From: an uncultured Gemmatimonadales bacterium
GTDB lineage: Bacteria; Gemmatimonadota; Gemmatimonadetes; Gemmatimonadales; GWC2-71-9
DNA: 64,000 nt
Direction of reading: 5' to 3'
Assembly: GCA_963730185.1 (NCBI GenBank)
Contig: CAVSQW010000012.1
Location: 160,001-224,000, forward strand
The notes beneath the pieces are model-generated. The model saw nothing but the letters and a program-made list of their open reading frames with translations, was not told the DNA's origin and did no database searches. Shown in pieces: positions 46,471 to 56,955 of the stretch (within the stretch, counting starts at the first letter, position 1; each line of letters begins with the position of its first letter). A program made the position numbers and the translations under genes.

Positions 46471-48681
46471 TCAGACGAAGAGCGGCACCGGGTTGAGTAA
46501 CCGCTCCGCGCTCCGTCGACGCCGGTGGCCGAGCCGCACCGGCACGTCGTAGAGACGGCCGGCGCCGAACCGGGCCCAGAAGTGACGGAGCCCCGGTACG
46601 ATCGCCTTGACGACGGGGACCCCGATGTCGGGACGGGTCTGATCGAGGACCAACAGATCGAGTCCGAGCCGCTCGAGCCGCGCCCGACAGGTGCTCAGGT
46701 CGGCCGCGACGCCGCCGCGTGCCAGCGCCAACGAAGTCGGCAACCCAACCCGCCGACCCGGGCGAGGCGAGAGGTGGGGATGCTCGCGAAGGACGGCGTG
46801 CCGGAGCCAACGACCGACCGCGCTCCGCGCCGCTCCAGGCTCGCGGTCCAACTCGAGCGCGGCGGCCAGGAGCTGCCCCATCTCGGCGAGGCTCCGGCGG
46901 AGGGCGACCGCCGGGTCGAGATGGGCGCCCATCCCGAACACGATCCGATCGGCGCCTCGCCCGTTCTCACCCGACAGCGCGACGTAGGTCGGAACGCCAA
47001 CGTCGCTGGTGGCGTCCAGCACCCAGATCCGGCGACCCAGGGTCCGGTACGCGGCGATGAGCCCTCGCACCCAGGGATCGTCGATCCGACCGAGATCCAC
47101 GCCCGGCAGCCGAAGTCGGTTGTACCACCAGATTGCCACGCCATCGCGCTCGATCAGCTCGAGCAGCCCCGCCAGCACCGCGTCTTCGAAAGTCTCGCCA
47201 GCGGCACAGCCGTTGGAGTCAGCCCAGCCGAAGCCGTCGGGCGCGGCCTCCGGATGGCCGAAATAGAGGAGCGCCGTCGGCAGGTAGCGAGGAGCCCGGC
47301 GGGTAAGCGACCAGACCGGGGTCCAGTCGAGGACCGACTCGGGGTCGAACGGCGTGGGCACCCGCGCGGTCGGACCCACGCGCGCGTTCCATCGGCGGCG
47401 GCCGCGATACTGCGCCGGGCTGAAGAGGAGACACTCGTTGGGATGGATGGCGCGATCGCCCAGGGCGCGGAACGTGCTTCGGATCCGGGGCTCGTCGCCT
47501 TGGAACACGCCCGAGTAGCGCTCGATCGCCTCGGCCATGGCGCTGGCCCGCGCTTCCGCGTCGGTGGTTCCCTTCCCGCCGCACTGCATTCGGAGATCGA
47601 CCGACCGCCAGCCGGTTCCGCCCCAGACCCGGGCGCTGTTGGCGCCGGCGGCGTAGGCGTGGACGCCCAACCCGGCCCCGACCTCGAGCGGCGCAAGGTC
47701 CCGGATCACGCCGGTCACGTCATCGACCAGCGCGTCGTGCCGGGCCACGAACACCTCCGGCGGGTCCCGGCGCCGGCCGGTGCCCCAGGACCGGAGCCGC
47801 GGCGCGATGCGAGCGGCGCTCAGGGGGGGCGCGACCCCGACCCGTTCGGCGTAGAGGCCGGCGTCGCCGCAGGCCGGGCATTGCGGCCGGCGGTCCACCC
47901 GATGGCGGCGCACGGACGCGTCGACGAGATCGAAGGTCAGCAGGTGGCGGCTCAGCAGCCCGCCGTCGCCCGTGGCCCACCGCTCGAGCTGCACCGCGAA
48001 GAGACCGATCGCCGCCCGAAGCGAGGCGCCGGTCCACCCGCGGGGCACCGGCCGGTCGCCGGCCTCGATTCGCTCGTCGTCGCGATTGCGGCGCACCCGA
48101 TGGGCCAGGCATTCCCAACAGGCCGTCTCTCCGGGACGAAAGACCGGTCCGAGCCAGGCCACCGTGCCCGTGGCCGCCAGCGGAACCCAGGAGCGCCCGG
48201 TCGTGAGCGCCCGGCGATTATGGGCCGCGAGGCGATCGTCCAGGTAGTCGTCCACGGCCACCAGGTCGAGCGCCGTGGCCCGCTGCCCGACCCGGATCCC
48301 GGCGGCCGCCAGCGCCTTCCGGTACCGGGCTCGTCCAGCCCGGGACCAGAACCGAAGGGTAACCCGGCACGGCACCGCCGCCGCCGACCCGGCGGCGTCG
48401 CGGAACACCTCGGCGGGGCCGACCATCCGTCCCTCCCGGAGATAGCCTCCCGCCTCGAGCCGGATCAGGGCGTAGTACACCTCGGCCGGATCGAAGCGGT
48501 CGGCCAGGCGGTCCACGATCCGGTCGACGGAGCGCCGACCGTCGAGCAGGGGGACCAGGGCGGCGTGGACCGCGCCGTGCCAGACCGCGCTCTCACGCTC
48601 CGACCTGAGCACGACCCGGTCGGGCGCGACCACCCGGGCCCGGAAGCGCGGGGCGAGCCGGGGATGCCGAACCGCCGTCAC
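46471..48681 (-). CDS. Fused RRE/E1-like-YcaO cyclodehydratase (TOMM C-D fusion)
   Basis: N-terminal RRE-like region; GPVFRPGETACWECL..RRPQCPAC (Zn site); GKGTT..AEAIERYS, DSNGCAAG..ELIERD and VPGLRHFW..GRLYDVP; Pro-rich C-terminus NPVPLFV typical of azoline-forming YcaO. Confidence 0.92.
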   Translation of the reverse strand: MTAVRHPRLAPRFRARVVAPDRVVLRSERESAVWHGAVHAALVPLLDGRRSVDRIVDRLADRFDPAEVYYALIRLEAGGYLREGRMVGPAEVFRDAAGSAAAVPCRVTLRFWSRAGRARYRKALAAAGIRVGQRATALDLVAVDDYLDDRLAAHNRRALTTGRSWVPLAATGTVAWLGPVFRPGETACWECLAHRVRRNRDDERIEAGDRPVPRGWTGASLRAAIGLFAVQLERWATGDGGLLSRHLLTFDLVDASVRRHRVDRRPQCPACGDAGLYAERVGVAPPLSAARIAPRLRSWGTGRRRDPPEVFVARHDALVDDVTGVIRDLAPLEVGAGLGVHAYAAGANSARVWGGTGWRSVDLRMQCGGKGTTDAEARASAMAEAIERYSGVFQGDEPRIRSTFRALGDRAIHPNECLLFSPAQYRGRRRWNARVGPTARVPTPFDPESVLDWTPVWSLTRRAPRYLPTALLYFGHPEAAPDGFGWADSNGCAAGETFEDAVLAGLLELIERDGVAIWWYNRLRLPGVDLGRIDDPWVRGLIAAYRTLGRRIWVLDATSDVGVPTYVALSGENGRGADRIVFGMGAHLDPAVALRRSLAEMGQLLAAALELDREPGAARSAVGRWLRHAVLREHPHLSPRPGRRVGLPTSLALARGGVAADLSTCRARLERLGLDLLVLDQTRPDIGVPVVKAIVPGLRHFWARFGAGRLYDVPVRLGHRRRRSAERLLNPVPLFV

Positions 48682-51317
48682 CTCGCGACGCTGGTCTGGA
48701 ACGGCACGTCGAGCCGGGGGTCGTCGCGGATGGCGGCGAACGCCGGGTGGGCTCGGAACCAGGCTGGCGAGAGGGTGGAGGGGACGCTCGGCACCGCCCT
48801 GATCTGGTCGATCGCGCCGGCCCGATCGCCGAGGATCAGATCGATCTCGGCCTGCTGGACGACCCAGGCCACCCCCTGGACCGCATCGCGCGCGACCGGC
48901 TGGATCGTCATCGCCGCCTGGCCTTCCTCCATGGCCCGGGCTGAGTCGCCCTCCACGGCGTACACCAGGCCGAGGTCGGCGTGATAGGCCGGCGATCCCT
49001 GATAGACATCGTGACGGGGAAGCAGCACCGCGCGCGACGAATCGAAGTACGGCCGGGCCCGGTCGGGCTGCCCCTTCCAGCGATAGTACTCGCCCTTCGC
49101 CAGGTAGAAGGCCGCGGAGTCTACCGGCAGATGGGCCAGCGAGAGACGCTCGAAGGCACCACCCAACTGCCGGTCCAGGAAGGCCAGGTGCCAGCGAAGT
49201 CGCGGGATCAGGGCCACGAACAGCGCGGTGGTGTCCGAGTGCGCCACCGCCTCGTGCATCGCTTCGTGCGCCTTGGCGGTGTCGCCATCCCGGGCCATGG
49301 CCAGGTGCGACAGCGAGTGGTAGGCCGCCACGAAGCCCGGCGCCAGGCTCGCGGCCCGCCGGTACGACTCCTCCGCCGCGTCGTACTGGCGGAGCATCTG
49401 TTCGGTCGCGCCGACTTCCATGGCGTAAGCGGGCGAGAGCGGATCGAGCTGGGCCGCCCGCTTGGCATAGTCGAGCGACTGCTCCACCTGGCCGCGCCGG
49501 CGGACCACCGAGCCCATCAGCCAGAGCAGCTCGCTGTTGTTCGGCTGGGCCGACTTCGCCTCCGAGAACTCCACCAGGGCCCGGGCCAAGTCGCCCTGCA
49601 CCCAGTAGTAGAGATAGCCGCGGGCCAATCGCGCCTCGGCGGCGGTGGAATCGAGCGCCAAGGCATGATCCACCGCCTGGCTCGCCAGCCGCTGCCGCTC
49701 CGGCGAGCGGTCGAAGAGGTAGAAGTACATCGACTGGAGCTCGCCCAGCTTGGCGAACGCGTCGAGAAAGGTCGGATCCAGGGTCGTGGCCCGGGAGAAC
49801 TCCGCGATCGCCTGGCGCATCGGGCCTTCGGCGTAGCGCTGGTTGTCGAGCGCCTCGCCCCGGAGGAAGGCCTCGTAGGCGGACATGTCGTGGGTGAGCG
49901 CCGTCTGCCGGGTGGCCCGCTCGGAGCCGACCAGGCGGACGTTGAGCTGGGCGGCCACCTGCTCCGCGATCGAGGCCTGCACTTTGAAGATCTCGCCCGG
50001 GGCGAGCGCCACGGTGTAGCTCTGGGTCCAGAGATCGTGGCCGTCGCTCACCTGGACCAGGTGAGGCACGACCCGGACCTCGCCGGAGCCGTCCGGGTGC
50101 CGCTCGGTCTGGACCGATCCGGTCAGCACGTACCCGACCCCGAGCTCCTGTCCGACCTCCCGAAGGGAGCGATCGCGGCCGGCAAAGTGGGCGGCGCTGG
50201 CCCGGGAGATGGTGCCGAGCCCGTTGATGCTCCCGATCCGGCTGGTGATCTCGTCGGTGAGCCCGTCGGCGAAGTGCTGGTCGTCCGGCGTGCCCAGGTT
50301 CTCGAGCGGCAGGACCGCGATCATCGGCGTGGCCTCGACCGCGGGCCGGGCGGGGCGAAGCAGGATGTAGCCGGCTCCGCCCCCCAGCACCACCAGGGCC
50401 CCCGCGGCGAGGAGCCAGCGGCGTCCCAAGCTCCGGCCGGCCGCCGGCGGGGCCGCGACCTCGACCGTGACCGGCCCGGCGGACGCCCGGGCCAGGGCGT
50501 CGGCGAACTCGAGCGCCGACTCGTAGCGGTCGGCCGGCACCTTGGCCATCGCCTTCTCGAGCACGCCCTGCACGGCCGTCGGGATCGCGCTCCGCACGGT
50601 GCGGACGCTCGGCACCGGATCCAGCGAGTGCCGGGCCAGCACGGCCATCGCCGACGGACCGCGAAACGGCGGCTCGCCGACCAGCATCTCGTAGGTCACG
50701 CAGCCCAGGCTGTAGACGTCGCTTCGGGCGTCGATCTGATCGACGCTGCTGGCCTGCTCCGGACTCATGTACTCGGGCGTGCCGATCGCCACGCCGGTTT
50801 GCGTCATCCGGTCGCCGCCGGCGGCCGAGACCGCCTTGGCGATCCCGAAGTCGGTGACGACCGCGGTCCCGCCGCTCAGGAGGATGTTCTCCGGCTTGAT
50901 GTCGCGATGGATCAGACCCTGGCCGTGCGCGTGGCTCAGCGCCAAGGCCACCTCGCGAGTGATCCGGCTGGTCTCGTCGAGCGTCAACGGACCGGTCCGG
51001 GCCAGCCGTTCGCGCAGGGTCTCGCCTTCGACGAACGGCATCACGTAGTAGAGGAGCCCTTGGGACTCGCCCGACTCGAAGAGCGGGACGATGTGCGGGT
51101 GCTGGAGTCCGGCGGCGATGCTGATCTCCCGGGCGAACCGGTCGGGCCCAAGCGCCGCCGCCAGCTCGGGCCGGAGCACCTTGACCGCCACCCGTCGGCC
51201 GAGGCGGACGTCCTCGGCGAGGTAGACGGTCGCCATCCCGCCGCGGCCGAGCTCGCGCTCGACCCGGTAGCGCCCGCTCAGGGCCTCGGTGACGCGGGTC
51301 TGGGCGTCGGACGACAT
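48678..51317 (-). CDS. Hanks-type Ser/Thr protein kinase with TM segment, TolB-N-like domain and TPR repeats
   Basis: LGRGGMATVY, VAVKVL, HRDIKPEN, DFG and GTPEYMSPEQ; IAVLPLENL..FADGLTDEI; TPRs. Stop overlaps the YcaO GTG. Confidence 0.92.
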   Translation of the reverse strand: MSSDAQTRVTEALSGRYRVERELGRGGMATVYLAEDVRLGRRVAVKVLRPELAAALGPDRFAREISIAAGLQHPHIVPLFESGESQGLLYYVMPFVEGETLRERLARTGPLTLDETSRITREVALALSHAHGQGLIHRDIKPENILLSGGTAVVTDFGIAKAVSAAGGDRMTQTGVAIGTPEYMSPEQASSVDQIDARSDVYSLGCVTYEMLVGEPPFRGPSAMAVLARHSLDPVPSVRTVRSAIPTAVQGVLEKAMAKVPADRYESALEFADALARASAGPVTVEVAAPPAAGRSLGRRWLLAAGALVVLGGGAGYILLRPARPAVEATPMIAVLPLENLGTPDDQHFADGLTDEITSRIGSINGLGTISRASAAHFAGRDRSLREVGQELGVGYVLTGSVQTERHPDGSGEVRVVPHLVQVSDGHDLWTQSYTVALAPGEIFKVQASIAEQVAAQLNVRLVGSERATRQTALTHDMSAYEAFLRGEALDNQRYAEGPMRQAIAEFSRATTLDPTFLDAFAKLGELQSMYFYLFDRSPERQRLASQAVDHALALDSTAAEARLARGYLYYWVQGDLARALVEFSEAKSAQPNNSELLWLMGSVVRRRGQVEQSLDYAKRAAQLDPLSPAYAMEVGATEQMLRQYDAAEESYRRAASLAPGFVAAYHSLSHLAMARDGDTAKAHEAMHEAVAHSDTTALFVALIPRLRWHLAFLDRQLGGAFERLSLAHLPVDSAAFYLAKGEYYRWKGQPDRARPYFDSSRAVLLPRHDVYQGSPAYHADLGLVYAVEGDSARAMEEGQAAMTIQPVARDAVQGVAWVVQQAEIDLILGDRAGAIDQIRAVPSVPSTLSPAWFRAHPAFAAIRDDPRLDVPFQTSVAR

Positions 51318-51320
51318 CGG

Positions 51321-54300
51321 TCAGGGCACCGCCGAGCGGCTGGGCACGATCACGTATTCGATCCCGAGCCGCCGGGCCAGGGCGTTGATCGCTCCCAGGT
51401 TCTCGTCGAGCAGGCGCCGGAGCTCACCCAGGTCACCATCGAGCTCCTTCCCCTGCTCGGCGAACACCTCCCGCATCCCCTGGGTCGGCGCGCCGTCGCC
51501 CTCGAGGGCCCAGGAGTAGAGCGGCACCAGCCGCGAGTAGAGCTGCGTGCCCCCCTTCATCGCCAGGATGTCGTAGGTCACTTCCGCAGCCGGGTTGTGC
51601 ATCCGGCTCTCGAGCGAATCGAGCCGGACGATCAGGTCGGCCCCCTGCTTGACCAGCTCCTTGGCCGCCGCGTTGTCGGCCAGGGTCTCGTTCCGGGCCT
51701 CGAGCTCGGCCCGCACCTCGCGGAGCCGCTCGACGCCGTCGGCGAGTCGGTTCAGCGCATCGCGGAGCTCCCGCGCGAAGGCCAGCTGCGCGGCCCGCGT
51801 CTCGGCCGTGACCTCCACCCGGGGGTCGGGCTTGACCGTGACCGTGACCGACCGGGACACGCTGTCGGTGGAGAGACGCAGGGTATAGACGCCCGGGAGG
51901 GCCGAGGCGCGATCGGCGGGGTCGCCGGTGTCGATCATGCCGTTCTTGATCCGCTGGGCGCCTTCGACTCGGAGGTCCCACGCCACCCGCTGGAGGCCGG
52001 GATCGGTCTTGAGCTCGGGCTTGGGCTCCTCCTCGTACTCGCTGTAGCCGACCTTGGGCTTGGCCACGCTGCTCAGGGTGCGGATCACCCGACCGGTCGG
52101 GTCGAGCACCTCGAGCTTGAGCTCGCCCTTGGGCTGATCCTTCAGGTAGTAGGTGAGCAGGGCGCCGTAGGGCGGGTTGTCTCCGGCCGGGCCGTTACCG
52201 GCCCGCTCCCGGAGCCGCCACTGGATCGCCTCCCGAGGCGCGAACAAGTGCATCGGCTCGGCGGCCAGGGCGGGCGACCACTCGCGGATCGGGGTCAGGT
52301 CGTCGAGGATCCAGAGCCCCCGGCCGTGGGTGGCGAGCACCAGGTCGGGACCCTTCACCACCAGATCGTGCACGGCGACGGTCGGCAGGTTGAGCTTGAG
52401 GGGGAGCCAGGTGGCGCCGCCGTCGGCCGAGAACATCACCCCCCGCTCGGTCCCGAGATAGAGGAGCCCGCGCTTGGCCGGGTCCTCCCGGACGGCGTGA
52501 AGGTAGACGTCCTTCGGGAGGCCGCCGTCGAGCCGCTTCCAGCTGGCGCCGTAGTCGGTGGTCCGGTAGAGGTAGGGGCGCATGTCGTCGAGCCGGTGGG
52601 CGTCGACCACCACGTAGGCGGTGGCGGCGTCGAACGGCGAGGGCTCGATCAGGCTGACGGTGCCCCACTCGGGGAAGCCCGGCATCGCCCCGGTCACGTT
52701 CTTCCAGCTGGCGCCGCCATCCCGGGTTACGTGAACCAAGCCGTCGTCGCTCCCCGCCCAGATCAGCCCCTTTTGCGCCGGCGACTCGGCCACGGCGAAG
52801 ATGGTCCCGTAGAACTCGACCCCGGTATTGTCGCCGGTGATCGGGCCGCCGGCCCACTGCTGCTTGGACTTGTCGTTCCGGGTCAGGTCGCCGCTGATGG
52901 CGGTCCAGGTCTGGCCGCCGTCGGCGGTGCGGAAGAGCACGTTGCTGCCGTGGTAGATCACGTTCGGGTCGAACGGCGAGGCGGCGATCGGCGCCGTCCA
53001 CTGGAACCGGTACTTGGCGTCCTCGGCTCCGTGCCCGCTCGGGTTCTCGGGATAGGCCGAGACGTTCCGGGCCTGGCCGGTCCGGTCGTCGTAGCGGGTG
53101 ATGATCCCCAGGTACTCGCCGGCGAACACGATGTTCGGATCGTCGGCCCGGGCGACGATGTATCCGGCCTCGCCGCCGCCCACGCCCCGCCAGAGGGCGT
53201 TCGTGATCCCGCCCCGGCGGAGGCTGTTGCTGGGCCCCTCGGTGGTTCCGATGTCCTGGAGCGCACAGGCCACCTGGTAGGGCACCCGGTTGTCCGCCAT
53301 CACGTGATAGCACTGGCCGATCGGGAGCGGAGGCATCAGCCAGGTTTCGCCGCCGTTCACCGAGATCGGGGCCCCGCCGTCGTTGGCGACGATGATCCGG
53401 CGGGGGTCGAGCGGGTCGATCCAGACGTCGTGGTTGTCGCCGTGGGGGACGTTCTCGACGAAGGTGAGCGTCTGACCGCCATCGATGGTCTTGACCATCG
53501 GGACCTGAGGGAACCAGACCACGTCGGGGTTCTTCGGATCGACGGTCAGGGTCGAGTAGTACCAGGCCCGTTGGCGGACCTTGTGCGACCGGTTGATCCG
53601 GGTCCAGGAGTCGCCGCCATCGTCGGAGCGGAAGAGGCCGCCGCTGTCGGCCTCGATCAGGGCGTAGACCCGTCGCCCGTCGGACGGCGCCACGGCCACG
53701 CCCACCTTGCCCCAGATGCCGTCCGGCAGCCCGCCCCCGGTGAGCTTCTTCCAGGTGTCGCCGCCGTCTCGGGAGAGATAGAGGCCGCTGCCGGGGCCGC
53801 CGCTCTTCAGGTCCCAGGGACTCCGCTTGGCCTCCCAGAACCCGGCGAAGACGATGTTCGGATTGGACGGGTCGAGCGCCACGTCCGAGGCGCCGGTGCT
53901 GTCGTTCTCGAACAGCACTTGTTGCCAGGTCTTGCCGCCGTCCTTGGTGCGGTAAACCCCGCGCTCGTGATTGGGCCCGAAGGCGTGGCCGAGCACCGCC
54001 GCGAAGGCGACGTCGGGGTTGGTCGGATCCACGACCATCGTCCCGATCTGCCCCTCCTGCTTCCACACGTGGGTCCAGGTCTTCCCGGCGTCGGTGGACT
54101 TGTAGATCCCGTTCCCGGCGGCCACGTTGCCGCGAATGTTGGCCTCACCGGAGCCGACGTAGACCACGTTCGGGTTGGACCGCGCCACCGCGATCGACCC
54201 GATCGACGAGATCGGCTGGTCGTCCCAGACCGACTTCCAGGTCTGGCCGCCGTCGGTGGTCTTCCAGACACCGCCCGAGGCGCTCGCGGCGTAGTAGGTG

Positions 54301-54491
54301 GTGGGATCGCCGGCCACACCCGCCACCCGACTTACCCGCCCACCCCAGTAGGGGCCCACCAGCCGATACGACAGTCCCTTGAAGGCCGCCGGCTGCTCCG
54401 GCGGAGGAGCAGGGACGGGCGATTTGGCTTGCGCGACGAGCAGGCTGGGAACGAAGAGACACGCGACGACGAGTGACGGACGGCGGATCAT
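51321..54491 (-). CDS. Secreted BNR/Asp-box (VPS10/sortilin-like) beta-propeller glycosyl hydrolase-like protein
   Basis: Signal peptide from ATG 54491; GPYWGGRV; repeated S/TxDGGxTW boxes; RFQWTAP and THGRGLWILDD; C-terminal coiled coil. Confidence 0.85.
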   Translation of the reverse strand: MIRRPSLVVACLFVPSLLVAQAKSPVPAPPPEQPAAFKGLSYRLVGPYWGGRVSRVAGVAGDPTTYYAASASGGVWKTTDGGQTWKSVWDDQPISSIGSIAVARSNPNVVYVGSGEANIRGNVAAGNGIYKSTDAGKTWTHVWKQEGQIGTMVVDPTNPDVAFAAVLGHAFGPNHERGVYRTKDGGKTWQQVLFENDSTGASDVALDPSNPNIVFAGFWEAKRSPWDLKSGGPGSGLYLSRDGGDTWKKLTGGGLPDGIWGKVGVAVAPSDGRRVYALIEADSGGLFRSDDGGDSWTRINRSHKVRQRAWYYSTLTVDPKNPDVVWFPQVPMVKTIDGGQTLTFVENVPHGDNHDVWIDPLDPRRIIVANDGGAPISVNGGETWLMPPLPIGQCYHVMADNRVPYQVACALQDIGTTEGPSNSLRRGGITNALWRGVGGGEAGYIVARADDPNIVFAGEYLGIITRYDDRTGQARNVSAYPENPSGHGAEDAKYRFQWTAPIAASPFDPNVIYHGSNVLFRTADGGQTWTAISGDLTRNDKSKQQWAGGPITGDNTGVEFYGTIFAVAESPAQKGLIWAGSDDGLVHVTRDGGASWKNVTGAMPGFPEWGTVSLIEPSPFDAATAYVVVDAHRLDDMRPYLYRTTDYGASWKRLDGGLPKDVYLHAVREDPAKRGLLYLGTERGVMFSADGGATWLPLKLNLPTVAVHDLVVKGPDLVLATHGRGLWILDDLTPIREWSPALAAEPMHLFAPREAIQWRLRERAGNGPAGDNPPYGALLTYYLKDQPKGELKLEVLDPTGRVIRTLSSVAKPKVGYSEYEEEPKPELKTDPGLQRVAWDLRVEGAQRIKNGMIDTGDPADRASALPGVYTLRLSTDSVSRSVTVTVKPDPRVEVTAETRAAQLAFARELRDALNRLADGVERLREVRAELEARNETLADNAAAKELVKQGADLIVRLDSLESRMHNPAAEVTYDILAMKGGTQLYSRLVPLYSWALEGDGAPTQGMREVFAEQGKELDGDLGELRRLLDENLGAINALARRLGIEYVIVPSRSAVP

Positions 54492-54691
54492 GAGCGCTGG
54501 CCTCGCAAGTGAAGCTCCAGCCATGGATTGACGAGCTGGGATGTGATAGGCGCGCCGGGCGCGCGGAGGGAATATACCGGATGGTCGCGTGGGGCATGGG
54601 CCGCTTCGCCGGCGGGCTCCCCGACTCTGGCCGGAGGGGTCGGCTGAGCCAGCCTGCGACGCCGGCTAGTCGCCCCGCATCCAGGCCGAAT

Positions 54692-55400
54692 ATGCCCAGG
54701 CGCGCCCCCGTCGTTGCCGCGACCCTCGCCCTCCTCGTGCTGGCCGCCCGGCCGCCGGCCTCGGCCGCCCAGGCCATTGGGGAGCGCCGACTCGCCCACC
54801 CGGACGCGGTCTTCCCCGAGCCCTTCTCCCTCATTCGGGGTCTGCGCGAACTGTCCGACGGCCGGGTCCTGGTCGCGGACTGGATCGACGAGCGGGTCGC
54901 CGTCGTCGATTTCGCCCGGGGCACCGCCACCACCATCGGGCGGACCGGCCGGGGTCCGGCGGAATACCGGCTGCCGTCGAGGCTGATCGCCCTTCCCGCC
55001 GACACCACGCTCCTGATCGACGAAGGCAACCAGCGTCTGACGCTGATCGGTCCTGATCTCAAGATCGGCGCTGCGCTCGGGCGTCCCCAGGACGCCTGGT
55101 CGGTGGCCCCGGACGGCGCCCTGCTGCTGCTCCGCTCGCTCGACTACCACCTGGAGCGAAAGGGCCCCGGCGGATCGCGATCGGGCCAATCGAACCCCTA
55201 CCCGACTCGGGCGGTCTCCGACGCCGACAAGACTTGGTTCGTCCGTCGCTTTCTCGCCACCAGTGCAATGAGCGGCCGGGGAGGCGACGGCGGCATGGGA
55301 CACACGCCGAGCGAGTTGCAGACCGCGGAAGCCGTGGCGCGAATCGTCCGGACCAACGAGTTCGCGCCAGAACTCGCTCGAGCGTTATCGGCTCTGAAAC
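54692..55400 (+). pseudogene. Secreted beta-propeller (NHL-like) protein, apparently internally deleted or truncated
   Basis: Signal peptide; RELSDGRVLVAD, IGRTGRGPAEY and DAWSVAPDG..DYHLE. Protein-like sequence fades near EFAPE, and the frame runs on to 55834 inside the next gene. Confidence 0.4.
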
Positions 55401-55460
55401 CGCCCCACCCAGGCGATCGTCGGGTGAGGAACACCGCTCTCTCGCCGACGACGAGTCCCA

Positions 55461-56000
55461 ATGCACTTTGTCACTCTATTGCTCATCTGGCTCGCGATGG
55501 CACCGACCGTCGGGGTCCAACGGCCGGCGCCGCCCGCCTGTGCCGACGACCCTGCGTTCCATCGGCTGGACTTCTGGCTCGGCAGCTGGCTCGTGACCAG
55601 CGGCGGCCAGCAGGTCGGCACCAACCGGATCGAAGCAGTGCTCTCCGGCTGCGCCGTTACCGAGTCTTGGCGCGCGGCCGACGGGAGCGAAGGCCGGAGC
55701 CTCTTCTACTATCTCCCGTCGGCCAAGCAATGGCGCCAGGTGTGGGTCACCGGTGCCGCCACGGTGCCGGGCGGGGTCAAGGAAAAGCGGATGATCGCCA
55801 CCTTGCCGGACGGCTCGGTCCGGTTCCAAGGTGAGATTGGCCTGCCCGACGGACGGAGCTACCTGGACCGGACGACGCTCACCCCCCTGCCCGACGGCCG
55901 GGTCCGCCAGCTGATCGAGGTGTCGCATGACGGCACGGCGTGGAAGGTGGGGTTCGACGCGATCTACACCCGGGCCAACGGCGCGACGCCGCCCGGCTGA
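55461..56000 (+). CDS. Hypothetical secreted protein (DUF1579-like beta-barrel)
   Basis: Signal peptide; C..DFWLGSW, GCAVTESW, WRQVWV and VRQLIEVSHDG.W..GFDAIY. Confidence 0.7.
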   Translation: MHFVTLLLIWLAMAPTVGVQRPAPPACADDPAFHRLDFWLGSWLVTSGGQQVGTNRIEAVLSGCAVTESWRAADGSEGRSLFYYLPSAKQWRQVWVTGAATVPGGVKEKRMIATLPDGSVRFQGEIGLPDGRSYLDRTTLTPLPDGRVRQLIEVSHDGTAWKVGFDAIYTRANGATPPG

Positions 56001-56080
56001 ACCTCAGGACCGCTCGGGGCGGGCGTCGGGGAGCCGACGCCGGGTCAGGCGGAACGAGGCGTCGCGGAGTCGGTGCCGGG

Positions 56081-56941
<861 letters not shown>

Positions 56942-56955
56942 GGGGTCGACTCCCG

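Noticed and set aside
48981..54476. 1831-aa plus-strand ORF and similar long ORFs (e.g. 56974..60030, 12286..14703, 46525..48984)
   Set aside because: These are antisense shadows of well-supported minus-strand genes. They are expected at high GC and carry no motifs.
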